A DNA stretch of 64,000 nt from Macrostomum lignano (lineage: Eukaryota): positions 62,001 through 126,000 of the forward strand of contig NIVC01000939.1 of the NCBI GenBank assembly GCA_002269645.1. The letters run 5' to 3'. Made by a program: the position numbers and the translations under genes. The notes under the pieces were generated by a model. It was not told where the DNA came from. It saw only the letters and a program-made list of their open reading frames with translations, and made no database searches. Below are positions 12,489-27,200 of this stretch, one piece after another (position 1 is the first letter of the stretch; each line of letters opens with the position of its first letter).

Positions 12489-13039
12489 TTTTTATACAAT
12501 TAATATTAGTATATGCATTCATTAGCATCACTACAATTATCATCCTGCTCAGTGCTGAAATCAGGAACTAAAAATATTTATACTATTACTGATCCCTAAC
12601 TACCTATATTGAATCTCTAATCATTATACGAGTCTTATATACTAATTCTTAGAATGAAACTCTATACACCTAGTTTGAAAGCTCAGTGTCAAGTCAGTTT
12701 ATGTCGACGCTGAAAAGAATCCACTTGCAAAGCAACTGTAGTATGTAATAATTGACTTACCAACTTCACAAGCCATCAAACAAGCAAGCAAACAAGAAAA
12801 TAATTCGGCAAGTTAAAACCTTGCAATTGTGATTGCGAATTTTTAGGAAGCAGACATCAAACTGAGTAGTCCCGTGTTCACTGATTGGCTGGTCCAGTGG
12901 TTTGCGAAAGCTAGAAATTGACTTGCAGAAAAACGATGTCTTATTGAGCCCTTGGTGCCTCATAGCGGCCTACTTTGATACCCTGGCGCAAAACACTTCT
13001 TGACTGCGATTCGGTGCAAAAATACTCTTGACTCGGATC

Positions 13040-16000
13040 ATGACGGGGTCTGGTGAGATTTCACTCCGGCTTGGCTCCGTCCCTACAATCCTGCTTCTAG
13101 TGCTGGTGACGGCTACCGGAGCTCTGGCCGACGAAGGTAGAATCAGAGATTCTTTTTAAAGTTTTCTGTTTGAGGCCAAATTTCTTTTGCGGAACTTTTG
13201 CAAATATTTTATGCTTTCACGCTTCCTACAGCAATAGCTTTAACTCACTTTATGTTAGCTTTGAGACCGTTTTTGAAAGTCTGAAAATTAAACTCGAATA
13301 GCCAGAGGCTTCTTGCTTTGCAGATCCGATTCTCCCGCCTTGTAACCTTGGGAGATTCTGTCAAGGATGGAGTCTCTTCGTCACGCATGCTTGCAATCCG
13401 TGCAATGTCGACTGACTTCTGCCGTCCATTAGGCTTTGCTGTGTATTTGAATCAATAGATTTTAACCAAAAACCATCAACTGTGAAAACACTAAAATCGT
13501 CACATGTCATTCTAACTTTAACTTTAAGGCGCCTCGTGTGCGAACTTCAGCACAGACCCGTCACAGCACTCTGTCTTCATGAACAGCTCTGACGGGACGC
13601 TAAATGGTCCAGACAGCCAGGTAAACGTCACCTGCAGTGCCGGCGTTGGCGCCTATTTTGCGGATAGCAACGAGTCCAACTGGATGCAGCTGGTCTGCGC
13701 AAACGGCAGCTGGACGCAGACTTTCTTCATCTCCAACGACTCACGGCCGGAAAAGTGGCAGACAGCGGAAGTCCTTGGCGATGCTGAGCCCGTCCTTCCT
13801 AACTGCATCGGTGAGATATACTACATAAAGGTTCAAAGTGAATGCTTTGCAATCAAATTGGTCGCTAAACACTGCAGCATTCTACCCAGCATATATGTAG
13901 TACGTGGTTGCAAAAACGGAACTGTATTTTTTTTTTAATTTCGCAGCCCACGTTTGCCAAGAACCGATCATATCTGCAAACCTGACTCAAGTATCGACTT
14001 CAAAGGGTCTCTTCGAGCAGGACTTTTCCTACGGGGCCCAGCTGGTGTACCAGTGCCCAACTCGGCGCGGCTTCAGATTTCAAGGCACTGGCAACGGAAG
14101 CTCGATGAACTCGGCCAACATGACGTGCGGCTTCGGCGGTTGGTCAGTGGTCATGTCGGGTCCTTCTGGGTCAGACACCATCGACAACACCACTGTGCCA
14201 CGGTTGCTTGATTGCGAAGGTAGACAATTTTTAGAGAGATTATTTCTCTTTCCCTTTAATAATAATGTTATGAATGACTTTCACCTCAAAACAGGATCTA
14301 CACCTCAAGATAATTATTCAGTTTTCGTTTCTGGAACCGCCATCGTCAAAATATTTTTCAAGCTAAGCTTTCCACACATTTAAGAGGCGTATAGCAGTGA
14401 TTGCGAATGATGATGATTTTAAAGCTTGAATTGCATGCGCAAGACATTTATCGTCTCTTCTCTAACTGCACTCTGTCTGAAACTTCCAGGTGTCCGGTGC
14501 GTAAACTTCAGCTTTGATCCGACGCAACACCTGATTTTCGTGAGCAGCTCCGATGGGACGCTGAATGCACCTGGAAGCCAGGTGAATGTCACCTGTAGTA
14601 CTGGCGTGGGCACCTACTTTGCTGACAGCAACGAGTCCAACTGGATGCAGCTGGACTGCGACAGCGGCTGGAGGCTGACGTACTTTGTCGCCAACGACAC
14701 CCGACCGGAAAGGCGGCTGCCAACGGAGTTCCTGAATTCTGCAGCGCCCGTCCTGCCTGATTGCATGGGTACGGGATGCAAGAGCTTATTGACTTATTGG
14801 CATGTCACATAGCCGACATAGGAGGCTCAAATTACGATTTAAAATTGTGAGAATGTTTTTTGGAGAATATCCTCAGCAGCAACTGTCTCGCTAATGTGGT
14901 AGTGGTCACTCTAGCTGATCTAAATGTCGTCGCGGACCGGTGCAAAGTTTAAAATGTTGCACTTAATCGAGAAAAATGCGATAATAGCTGAAGGAATAAT
15001 CAATTATAGACTGCCACTGAGCAAAACAGAACTGATTCATTTTTCAGTGCATGTTTGCCCAGAGCCAATCGTAGCTGGGAGCCTGACTCAGGTATCCGCT
15101 GCCAACGGTCTCTTCAATGGGAGTTTCTCGTTCGGAGCCCAGCTGGTGTACCAGTGCCCCACTCTGCACGGCTTCCGGCTGTCTGGAACCGGCAGCGGCA
15201 GCTTCTTGAACACGGCCAACATGACATGCGGCCTGAGTGGCTGGTCAGTGCTCATGTCTGGTCCGACGGGTTCAAAGACTTACCAAACCTCCACAGCTCC
15301 ACGGCTGCTGGATTGCGAAGGTCAGTCGCATTCAATCGGACAAACTAGGCTTTAACCAGGCTTCATCTAAAAATTGGCCACTTGATCTCGTAGATCGAGT
15401 CCAATGGGACGTCGAGATGAAAAAGCAGCGAATTCCTACAAGTTACAGTTGAATTGCATTGCCAACAACGTACACAATTTTCAGGCGCTCCCTGTGCAAA
15501 CTTCAGCCTCAGTCTGACCCGCCGCTTAGTCATCAAACACAGCTCAGACGGGACGCTCAATGGCCCCGGCAGCCAGGTGAACGTCACCTGCAGTGCCGGC
15601 GTGGGCACCTACTTCGCGGATAGCAACGAGTCCAACTGGATGCAGCTGGACTGCGCAAACGGCAGCTGGACGCAGACCTTCTTCATCGCCAACGACTCAC
15701 GACCGGAAATGAGACTGCCAGCAAAGACGCTTGCCGTAGACTCTGCGCCCGTTCTTCCGGACTGCATGGGTAGGCCTCAGACCTGCTGCTTTGATAATGA
15801 AACTAATTTCATTAGTTTCACTACTGACTTTTGCTTTCACATAGTTCTTGCTTTTCTCTCTTCACATCTTCACACTCATTTCTGTTAACACACTGATGGC
15901 TACTTTCTTTCGAAAGAAAACCATAGCTCGCAAGTAGTCATGAAATCTGAATAGAATTTCGTAAATGGCAAAAATTGCAGCCCACGTCTGTGAGGAGCCG

Positions 16001-17893
16001 GTGGTGGATCCCAGCCTGGCTCTGCCGTCCGCCGTCAAGGGTCACTTCAACCAGCCCTTGGCTTTCGGGGCCAAGTTGGTGTACCAGTGCCCCACCATGC
16101 GCGGATTCAGGTTCAGAGGGACTGGAAATGAAACTTCAATGAACTCCGCCACCATGACGTGCGGCTTCAGTGGCTGGTCAGTGACCATGTCGGGTCCGTC
16201 AGGCTTGGAGACCTCCGAGACGTACGAAGTGCCAGAACTTCCGGAATGCGAAGGTAAGCTGAACTTATTATACTGCATTCTATCCGAATTAAAGTACCAT
16301 AATGAGCTCTTTTGAAACATTTCTAGCGCCTGAATTAAATGCCTGGCCTGTTTAGATGTAAAGTGCGCGAACTTCAGCTTTGATCCGACGCAACACCTGA
16401 TTTTCGTGAGCAGCTCCGATGGGACGCTGAATGCACCTGGAAGCCAGGTGAATGTCACCTGCAGCGCCGGTGTGGGCGCCTACTTTGCCAACAGCAGTAA
16501 GTCCAACTGGCTGCAGTTGGACTGCGACAGCGGCTGGAGACAGACGTTCTTTATTGCCAACGACACTCGACCGAAATGGCGGTCGGTGAGCCAGTTCCTG
16601 GATGACGCAGCACCAGTCTTGCCTGATTGTCTCGGTACCTAATTACCGATAAATTTTATGAGTTAGTAACAAAGATAACTTTAGTAATCTAAGTCACGAG
16701 CCACTGCCAACTTTTTTCAGCTCACCTCTGCCAGGAGCCCGCAATAGACGCGAGCCTGACTCAAGTATCTGAGATCAAAGGTGTCTTCAACCGCAACCTA
16801 TCGTTTGGAGCCAAGCTGGTGTACCAGTGCCCCGTCATGCGCGGATTCAGCTTCAAAGACACTGGTAACCTCAGTACGTTGAACACGGCCACGATGACCT
16901 GCGGCTTCACCGGTTGGTCGGTAGTCATGTCGGGTCCTTCAGGCCCGAAGCCGGAAACGAACATCACTGCGCCGCAGCTGCTGAACTGCGAAGGTCAGTA
17001 ACTCGAGCTTCAATCGAAGTAGAACGTGCTAAGTTTGTCACGCTGCATTGTGGAAAAACGCGAACTGGCCCATTCGATCCCTTAGTAACTTTCTGACAAA
17101 AAGATGCGCTAGATACAGTAAATAGTAGTTGTTTCAGAGTATCGTGAAAGTAATTCTGATTAATATGGTGCCTGGAAATCAAACAGTCACAGCTGTCTTC
17201 GCCGGACAGAATATGACGACATACACGGTCCACTTATAAGTGTCAGCGCGATTTACTCGTACTTTTTCTACATTGAGTCACGCACAGATGAATGCATAGG
17301 CGTATGAATGTAATTGAATTCTAGCAAATGGGACTGAAATAGAGGAGTTTTGAGTCATGCTTAAACTACAATATGATAAAAGTAATAATATGATGTAAAA
17401 CGCTACACTTCCAAATCTTTCAAATGTCATTGGAGGTCGCTGCCTAGTGGTTCCCATGATCAAAGTCTTTGTAAGTTTTTTTCAATATTGTTGAATCATT
17501 AATAAAAAAATTGTCATTTACCTGATGTCGCCTTCAGTGGTCACGTGCGCTCCGATCCTGCCAACTTCCGGGCAAGAGTTCACTTTGATGACGAGTGGCC
17601 TTGACCCGGACATGAACAATTCGGTCGACACCATGTTTTCCGTTCGCTGTACAAACCCGTTGCTCGCATTTTACCGGCCCAGAAAGAGGCTCTCTAATGA
17701 AGCCACTCTGGTCTGCACTGATTTTGCCACCTGGCGGGCTACCTTTGCCTCGAATCAGAATCTCAACGACGGGTTAGAAGCAAAGATCAAATGGTTAGAA
17801 GTCGCCGTCATAACTGGAGACAGTGCCGCTACCATGCCAGCATGTACCGGTAAGTGACTTTCGGTAGTTAGTTAGTTACTTAGTTAATTTGTC

Positions 17894-17968
<75 letters not shown>

Positions 17969-17969
17969 C

Positions 17970-18020
<51 letters not shown>

Positions 18021-18046
18021 CAGTTAGTTAGTTAGTTAGTTACATG

Positions 18047-18096
<50 letters not shown>

Positions 18097-18103
18097 ATTT
18101 GTC

Positions 18104-18196
<93 letters not shown>

Positions 18197-18203
18197 ATTT
18201 GTC

Positions 18204-18284
<81 letters not shown>

Positions 18285-21200
18285 AGTGTGGTTATTAATT
18301 TTCCGCGCAATAATTTATCATTCATCCCCTAAATCCTCAGAGCGCATCTGCTGGGGGACATTCGCGGCTCCGGGCCCTCAGTCCATTTTGATATCCCCTC
18401 CACCCAGTGCGGGCAGGTACGAAGTGGTTGATGGCTACACTGTCCGACATCGCTGCCTCAGCGGCTACAAGGGTCGCAGGTTCAATCTGGATATCGAAAA
18501 TACCTGCAGTATAAGGGTCCTTTCGTACAATAAGTAAGACTCTGCCCTTCTGCTGAGTTTCAGATTCAAAAATATATCCTCATGGTTAAATCCTCACGAA
18601 ATCCTAAATACGCGTACGCTCGAAACTCTTCGATCTTGGCAGACACTTAGAGGTGCGTTGGTCAAAGAACCAGGAGTTCACAGAAGATACTGAATTAAAC
18701 ATATGCATACGTGAGTTTTCTATTTCTGCCCTGCATAGACAAAAATGACTTGACATGTCGTTTTGCTTTTTATTGCCTTCAAGCGTCTAAGCTGTGGACT
18801 CAAGTTATGCGACGTAGAAAGCTTTCTAATTTGCAATTGTTTTTCAGTTTCATAAATTGTCACCAACTTCCAGACCAGTCCTACTATCGCGGCTGCTTCA
18901 CCTGGCCGGAGATCGAGGCTAGACTCAACGGCGGTGCCCTGCAGCTGGTGAACGTCACCCAGCAACGCGTGGCAAACTGCAGGTACACCTGCAGCAGGCT
19001 GAAACACATGCTGGCAGTTACGAATGCCAGCACCTGCCACTGTCTCACGTTCAACAGCACGGGATTAGAGGCGGACTTCAGCGCAAACGCCACCGAGAGA
19101 CTGCCGTTTGTGCTCCGACGGGACATCCTGGAGGCCAGGAACTGGAACTGCTTGACCCAGTGTGCCGACTCGGAGTACTGCGGGGGAGCGGCCACCGCTG
19201 ACAGCGGACCGCTGGGCTTCTTCTCTGTGTACGACTCTTTTGGTGAGGCTGAATGGATGACGATGAGATACTGAGTTAGTGTTTACTGTAGCAGTTAATC
19301 TATGAACATTTATCAGCTGCAAGCGGTAAACAAACAGTTGTAAGTGGGGTTGGTCAAGACCACAAATATATTTCCCAAGCCAAACTGGATTAAGACCGGC
19401 TGGGAATTAACAGTAGAACTACCAAGAGGGGGGAAATTCCCCCCTGACAATTTTTTTGCTGCGCCGGAACGGAGCAACACAGGCACACGAAATTCAAGAA
19501 CACGGGCTGACTTTTTGTTGCGCACCTTCTCAAACAAGAATCAAGTCGTCAGCCCTCCGGACCGTCGAGATATTCGACGATTCTGCCAGAAGGTCGGATT
19601 TTTCCCATAAGCGCCAGTGTATTCAGTACACCCCTGTGCGCCAATCAGCACTGCGCCTCAGTGCAGCCTTGCCAAGCCTCCAAATTTCAACAGCACGTCG
19701 ATCACATGTGTCTGCATCAGATCTGACTTCGTTGGTCACTGGCCTTCACCCAGGCGGAACTTCTGGACCCTCAACAGGTGGCACCAGGTGACTATGGACA
19801 CCCTGATGCGAATTTCTCAAGTTTTGCTGATCAAGCCTCGACAGTGGGCAAGCCTCAACTGCTGGACATTCTCAGCTAGTCTCCAAGCATTCTGTCATCA
19901 CCCCGACGCCGTCGGCTCCTTCAAAAAGTGGCACCGGGTGACTATGAACACCTTGATGCGATTTCTCTAGTTTCTTGCCTTGGTATCCCTACTGTTAAGC
20001 AATAAATAGCTTAAAAAGTGAATCCATCTTAGCACGACTTGTCATTCTTTAAAAAAGGCTCTGCATATTAATTGCATTGCTCGTCAATAAAAGTACATTA
20101 AAAAATAGAACTATATGCTGGATTGAATGTATTTATCATAGCAAAGTGTGAATATCCTCTAAAATTTAGTACAATCGTTGGCTTGAACTTTCCTGTTTGC
20201 TATGCGGGCCATTGTCGCTAGCTCGAGAACGGTCTCAATTCACAAAAAAACTGGAAATGCACGACCCTTATTACCTTGTAGCAGATTTATTTACTTAATG
20301 ACCAAGTAAAATGCGGAATTCCTTTTCTACCATCAGCAGTTCAAGTGAGCGTTTTTATCGACTCGCATCTTCAGATGGCTGTTACAAGATCGACGACTTT
20401 CCAACTGAACTGATTTTGAAGGAGGTCTCCATGGAGCTCTTGAGCTCAGCCGCATGCATAGCCTACTGCAGAGGCTTGCCGGGCAGTCAGTACGCAGCAG
20501 TGCGCAATGTCACGTGCACCTGCTTGAGCGACCTCATCATTGAGGCGTTGGCAGAGCCCGACTCGGCGTGCAACCTCCGGTGCCGGGCTTCGAACGACTC
20601 CTGTGGTGGCAACGGCAGCCGCTACAACATCTACTCTCTAGCCACGCAAGTGCAGAGGTACAACTCCTGCACAGAGTACTACTCCAAAGCCGACATCTAC
20701 GAGAGCAGCTTCTACCTGCTTTCTGGGACGCTCAACACAACAGTTGCTCCTGACGATGGGACCGTGGCCTTCTGTGGCATGATAGGTGTGTTGAAGTAGA
20801 GGAATCTGAAAAATCACTCGCACACATTTTGAATGATGAAATTTCTAATAACAAACACCCATACTGAAAAGCAATTGTCTACTATTAAAATGGCGGAATA
20901 GCGACGCCATTATATTGAATAAAGTTCATCCAACACTCTCGTCTCCCAGACGGCACCCCCTGCAGTCCGGGCTGGTTCGGCTACCGCGGCTCCTGCTACG
21001 CGCCCTACCTGCGCGACAGCGACAGGCTGACCTGGCCGGAGTCCGTCGAGTTCTGCGCCCGCCAGAATTCCGTCCTTTGGTCGCTGATAGACAGCGGAGA
21101 TTCGACGGTGATGGATGCCAATTTTTTCAAATGTAAGAGTTTTTCTGAGGTCTTCTTAGTGTCTAAAATTCAAAGTCGCGCCTTTTCGTTACACTTAAGT

Positions 21201-24200
21201 TCAAGCAAGCTACATGATTTTATTATCAGACATCAGTTACTACCTGGGGAATCCAGCCGTCCTTAACATCGGAGTGCACAGCTGGCAGGACGCGGTGCCG
21301 CAGCTGCTGGACGGCAGCGTCATGTCTTTCAATTTCAACTTTGAAAGCTTTGTTGCCAACATGACTGCGGAGAAGTTTGTGAGAAACAAGTGCTTCTACT
21401 TAGAGGTGCGAACGCGGATTCTGAGAATGGCCTACAATTATAATGTCAGAGTGCCCTACATCGCCTTTCGCACCAACTGCTCTGCACCCGACCTAAGAAA
21501 GTTTTTCTGCGTTAAGCGTAAGTCATTTTATGGCTGCATTATCATGCTTCAGCTTCATCTGGAATCATCACCGTTATCGTTTCTCAGCTCAAAATTGCGT
21601 CTTTGACTTTTCGAGTCTGTTGAACTGCGGATTTCTTTTGCTGTATTTCAAAGATAACCCTGGCGAGAATAGGCGCGGTTTTGAAGAGAATGGCGTGCTA
21701 CAAAGCGTAACTATATAGCTAAAATATTTTCGTTGGTTACACGCGTTCCACTGATCCCCGAGCATACAGTGTACACGGATGAGTACGGAGGCACACACTC
21801 ACGCAGGTTGTAACCGTGGCTTTGATTTTTTAAACACCAGGAACCGCCTTCGTGCTCTGGGGGGGGGGGTCGGCCCCTTTGTCTTTTGTTCGGAGGTCGG
21901 CCCTCGAGCTTAAATTTGCCTTTGCAAAACCAAAAACAGCTATTTAGTGCTTTTTGGTGCTACTCTGCTCCGAGCAGATACAGCATGGGGGTTATCTTTG
22001 CTTAAGCACGAATAAAGGACGCGAAAGAGATTATATATTATTATTAGAGATTATTATATATATGCTCTAATGCGTGAAGCACCCAGTCTCTAGGAACTTT
22101 TGCTATGACTGTCTTCTCAGCTTCTCTATTTTCATCTGTGAATTGGTCTGCAGGGAGCCACCACCGGGGCTGCCACAAGTACAGCAGCAGCCTGGCCAAC
22201 CAGCTCAAGCAGCCCGACAACACATTCAGCTTGCGCACCGGGACTCTGCAGGAGTGCCTCAGAACCTGCACCCACCGTCTGGTTGACTCGGCGATTGTCG
22301 AGGGCGCCTCCTGCACCTGCCTGAGAGACGACGAAATGCTGGAGAGTTTCCTGCCGATCACAGACCCAGCCGAGATCCAGGCCAACTGCATGAGGCCGTG
22401 CGGCACGGGCTCATATCAGTACTGCGCTGGGGCCAGCAGTGGCGGCTACACCTATGTGTACATCATGATGAGTGAGAATGAATAGAGCTTTCCTGTCTAG
22501 TTTAGCTCAGACAAGTGAATAACATTTTATTTAGGCTTTTTAGTTTACATAGCTCGTATTTGCGAAATAAACGAACCAGATCCCGGAGTCGTCTGCAGTA
22601 GCTTCTAAATACAAAATCTGTTTCAGTAAAAGCCTGGCATTTGGCTGCTCGAATAGAAAACCGAATGCCCGTCTTTCCCGGAGAGAATGCTGTCAAGACA
22701 GTTGACAAGTTTCTGTACTCTGACCACACCAGCGATGGCAAAGTGAATGTCCATTTTAGTGCAGCTAACGATGCTGGCGACAATCGCCTCTACGGAGCGC
22801 AGAGTCCGCATGTTCTGCTGCCATGGCAACCACTAGACCTTCTGAACCGGCCGAGCCTCAGCAGTCGAGAGGACGTCAATTCGAACTACGTGAACAAGAT
22901 TTGGCTCTGGCTAAACGCTCGTTCCGTCACCGAACTCATTAACCTGACTTTCTTCAAGTCCGATGGCCAGGTCGACTGGCTGCTTTTTAACGCCACGGGG
23001 AGAAATAGGAAGCTAATGCGGTTCCAGCACAACCTGATCCTTAATACGTCAATTGGATATTTCAACACTTCTGCACTTGAGCTGGCTCGGCTTGATTCGT
23101 GGGTGCTTGATTTATTCTTCTAAATTTAAATTCATAATGTCTCTGATTATCTAAATGTAGACATTAATCTAAAGCTCAATTCTATTTTTAGAACCCGCGA
23201 GCATTCCGTGCTGATGATGTATCAAGAAATAGTTGGATCATCAAGTTGCGGAAGCATGACAGTCACAGACAAGTTGGCTTACTTTACGATTCTCGACACC
23301 TCATGGACATGCGTTCCAAACACTCCCGTGATTCACTCGACATTCACCGATCCCAAGTCTCTGTACAAATTTACTGGTGACACAGGAGTCTCGAGCATGG
23401 CTGTGTGGACAAAGACCTACTTGAACAGCGGTCCCAAGCTGGGGCTTTCGAAATCAAGTTGCGCAGAAGCCAACATACTGAAGTTCAACACCACGAAAGT
23501 GGCCGTTCACGTGCCGACAATTGACAGCTACCGAATCAGCACAGAAGATTGTCCTGGTTCTGTAAACCATCAACCCGAGCCGTTCTGGCTGTCCGAAAAC
23601 GCCAGCTGCGATCAGGGCTGGCTGCAGGTGAACGGCTCCTGCTACCTGCTGACTGCCATGGCCACCACCTACGACGAGGCCAGGCTGTTCTGCAACTACT
23701 TCAACGCCACTCTGGCGGTGCCGCACAGCTCTGAGACAGTCGAGGCGGTTCACGCAGCGTCCAGAAGTTTCTACGCATTCACCAGGCTAGGACTCGCCCA
23801 GCCGAACGAAGGCTGGGGATTCTGGGTCGGGCTGGCCGACCGGACGGCCACCAACCAGCTGGACACTCCGGACGGTTCGTCCGCTTCGTTCGCGCCGATC
23901 CTGTGCGGCCTGCGGGCGGAGCAGCTGAAGTTCCGCAACTTCGGCAGCACCGTGAACTGCTTCGAGGTGTTCACATCGACATCAAGAAGCTCTGAGGCTC
24001 CCTTAGCCACCGATGGCGAATGCTCCAGCTACATGGCGAAAACTTCGTTAGCTAAGAGCGCGCCTATCGAATTTCCTACTTACAACACATACCGACTGCA
24101 AGAGTGTGATCAGAGACTGGCTGGCGTATTTTGCGAGAAGCCACCTAATCCAGGTAGACATGAGCTTCAAAGTCCAGTGCTTTGCTAAAAGTCATCGTAA

Positions 24201-27200
24201 TTTGATTGTCTTCTAAATTTGTAAATTCGAGATTACTTAGTTTCAAGCAGAGAATATTCTCTGGTTACAAGCGTAGTTTACAGGGTGCTGTGGGCGCTGC
24301 CGCAAATCAGGGTGACACGCAACCCACAGACAGCAGCTGGGAGGCAACTAGCCATGCCAATTTCGCTAGCCTCTGAACAGGTACGCGCAGACAGACACAC
24401 GCTCACACAGGATGTACAGCGGTTCGACTTTCTTATCGTTTAGCAGTTGCTAACATTATGCTTTGGGGTCTGCCATTTGGGGTCTGCCATTTGGGGTCTG
24501 CCATTTGGGGTCTGCCATTTGGGGTCTTCATAGACTAGGATTGCACAAGCCCAAAGCCAAGTTTCACGAATTTTCCCCATTCTTTATTAAACTATGAGAA
24601 TGACTACACTTTTCCGAATCGTAACACAGTGAAAGAACTCCCAATTCGTACTCAATTTGCAGTGCTGATCGGCTGCTTTCTGCTGAACTGGTCCATCATA
24701 CCCGACATGTCCCAGCCGCCCTTTGATTCTTTGCTGCATCTGCGTCAGTGCCTGGCAACCTGTCATAGCCGAGGTCGCGAGCTCGCGGCCCTGAGTCCCA
24801 GCCGGTGCTACTGCCTTAGCGCGCCTGAGCTCGCCAACTCGACATGGTCGGCGCCTCGGCCCAGCAGTGACTGCCCGCTGACTTGCAGCGGCAATCAGTA
24901 CCAAACCTGCGGTGGCAGTCACCAGCAGCTCGGCAGTGACACCGTGTCCGTTTATCGAGTTGGTAAGTTCAGCAGCTTTTCCGCAAGGAGGTTGCTCAAG
25001 ATTTATTGCCTTAATTTCAGGTATCTTTTTTACTCTGTTGTTTCTGAAGAATCTGTATCTAGTAGTAAAATAGTTCGATGTATCTTATTATTCTGAGTTT
25101 ATGCCACTAGAGGTACCTAGGAAAGACTTGAAAATAACCTGATTCCATATTGAAAGCCCAGATTCGATGGTCTATTTCTGACGCTGTTTATGAGTTCAGA
25201 ATGCCTCTGGCCCACAATGCCACGCATAATGCTTTCGGCACAACTAACCCTTCCGTGTTGATTGTTTTAGATCCACAGCTTCAAGACATATACGGAGAAT
25301 CTTGTCGGGACATCTTCAACAAAGGATTCTACAGCTCAGGCTATTATTTAGTAAACGGTCAGTGGACGTACTGCACTCTTAAGACCGGTGAGATTGGCTG
25401 AACTTGAGCTGAGATGAATTTTAAAAGTCCATGTTACAGATACCCTGTATAAAAGTGAGTTCATCGCTTTCCAGTCAACTCCTCCCCCATCCCGTGCAAC
25501 GCAAGCAACGAGTTCGCATTTGCCGGCACCTGCTACGCCTTCCACAATCGAGCGGTTCCGTTCGAGACGGCCGTCAGCAGCTGCATCAAGACAGGCCGGC
25601 AGCTGGCCAGCTTCTCCACCGCTGAGCGCTGGAAGTTTTTTACTCAAATTCTTTCCTGTAAGCGAAATTGAAGTTTTTATGCAGAATGTAGAGCTAATAA
25701 TCTTACCAACTGTCGAACTTCCAAAGCGCAAACAAAGTACGCGTATACAATCAAGTCAATGTGCACACCGAATTACAGTCGCATTGGGTTTTAATCTTGC
25801 CTCGATCTTCTCAGCCTCACTTTCCAACCTTTTGAATTTTTAATCTTAATCTTTCTGTTCAGCTCTGCTTCCGTTGACGAACTCATCCTACTGGTGGCTC
25901 GGCTTCACCGACTCAAAGCAGCTCAAAATCCCCACGTGGCTCAACGGACACATCTACTCGGACAGCCAGCTCGATCCCATTGGACGAAATTTCCTGCTAA
26001 ATCGCGGCGCGAATTTCTCAGTAAAAAATTCGCCCAGCTCGGTCAACCTGACTTCAAGAGAGCTGACAGTGAGGTGGAACTACGCCATCCATGACGGCTT
26101 CTACTTCGACCTGACCGGCGACCCCATGAACGCTGCACCCGTTGCCAGCTACGTCTGCGAGATCACTGAGAATGACCCCGGCTGCCTGAAGATGGTCAGC
26201 CTTGCAAACTTCACGCGCCAGTCCAGCTTCATGAGCCTCTCAATGTGCCGCTACCTCTGCTTCTCGGCTGGCTTTGCCTACTCAGCCGTGAGGCAGCAGA
26301 ACTGCTCCTGCATCAGCAGCCTCTCCACTGCTGAGTATGGCATTGAGGACACCAGGCCGCTGGCCTACTGCAATGCGTCATGCCCCGGAAATCCCGACCA
26401 GCTCTGCGGCCGGTCAGCTGAACCATACTTCTCCGTGCACAGCACAGGTCTGTCACCTTTTTATAGCTTGTTAGTAAGCTCGTTTCGATTGATTTCGTTT
26501 GACTCTACCTACTCGTAGCTCGCTCAGCGTTTGCAGTTGTTTCCTACTTGTTCCTTCTGAGTGGGCGAAACGCGTCATTTTAATTGTTTGATTTCTCTTC
26601 CTAGAAATCACCAAAAGAGCAGATTTAACTGAAATAGCAGGATGTTTGTATACTGTTCCCGATAAGTGTTGATAACAAAGTATGATATTTTTTTAATTTT
26701 GGCTATAATCGAATAATAGAAGTCCTGTAAGTAAATTTATGAAATTCTCTGTGCCGTAGACTGCAGATTACTATATTATACCATTTCAATTTCGAATTCG
26801 TCAAAAGTGAGTTCAAATTCGTCAGCCATAGCAAATTCAATGCAGTGGCTCAGCAGCCGCGGCCCAGTAGTCTATGGCCGGCTGGCTCAGAAAGTGAGAC
26901 AGAGTGAGCGAAATTCGTCAGTTCAAATACAGCCTGATCAAAAAATATTTTTGCTTTGTCTATGGCAAAAAAATATGGTGGCTATGGTAAATTTAAGTAA
27001 ACAGTGAGTGAATTTCATCTGTGGAAAACTAGCCCAGATTCTTGGAATTTTTTTTCCTTTAATTGTCATTAGAAATGCCCTATACGAGAATTTTGTCTGT
27101 GGATCGCTCTAGACTCTCGTTGATGATGAATTCACAGCAGTTGCTGACAACGCCAGAGCACACGGTGTTGTGAATTTCGGGCGACTTGACCAGAGGCTTA

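Noticed and set aside
17866-18285. Interstitial telomere
   Set aside because: The unit is TTAG, not TTAGG or TTAGGG; an ordinary intronic microsatellite.
19427-19970. GGGGGGAAATTCCCCCC hairpin and a duplicated ~40-bp motif (19780, 19930) in an intron
   Set aside because: Probably fragments of an unidentified repeat; no termini or partner copies in the window.
21841-22020. G-run/GCTATTTAGT/AATAAA segment resembling a retroelement 3' end
   Set aside because: Shares only a short motif with 9645-9657; too little to assign.
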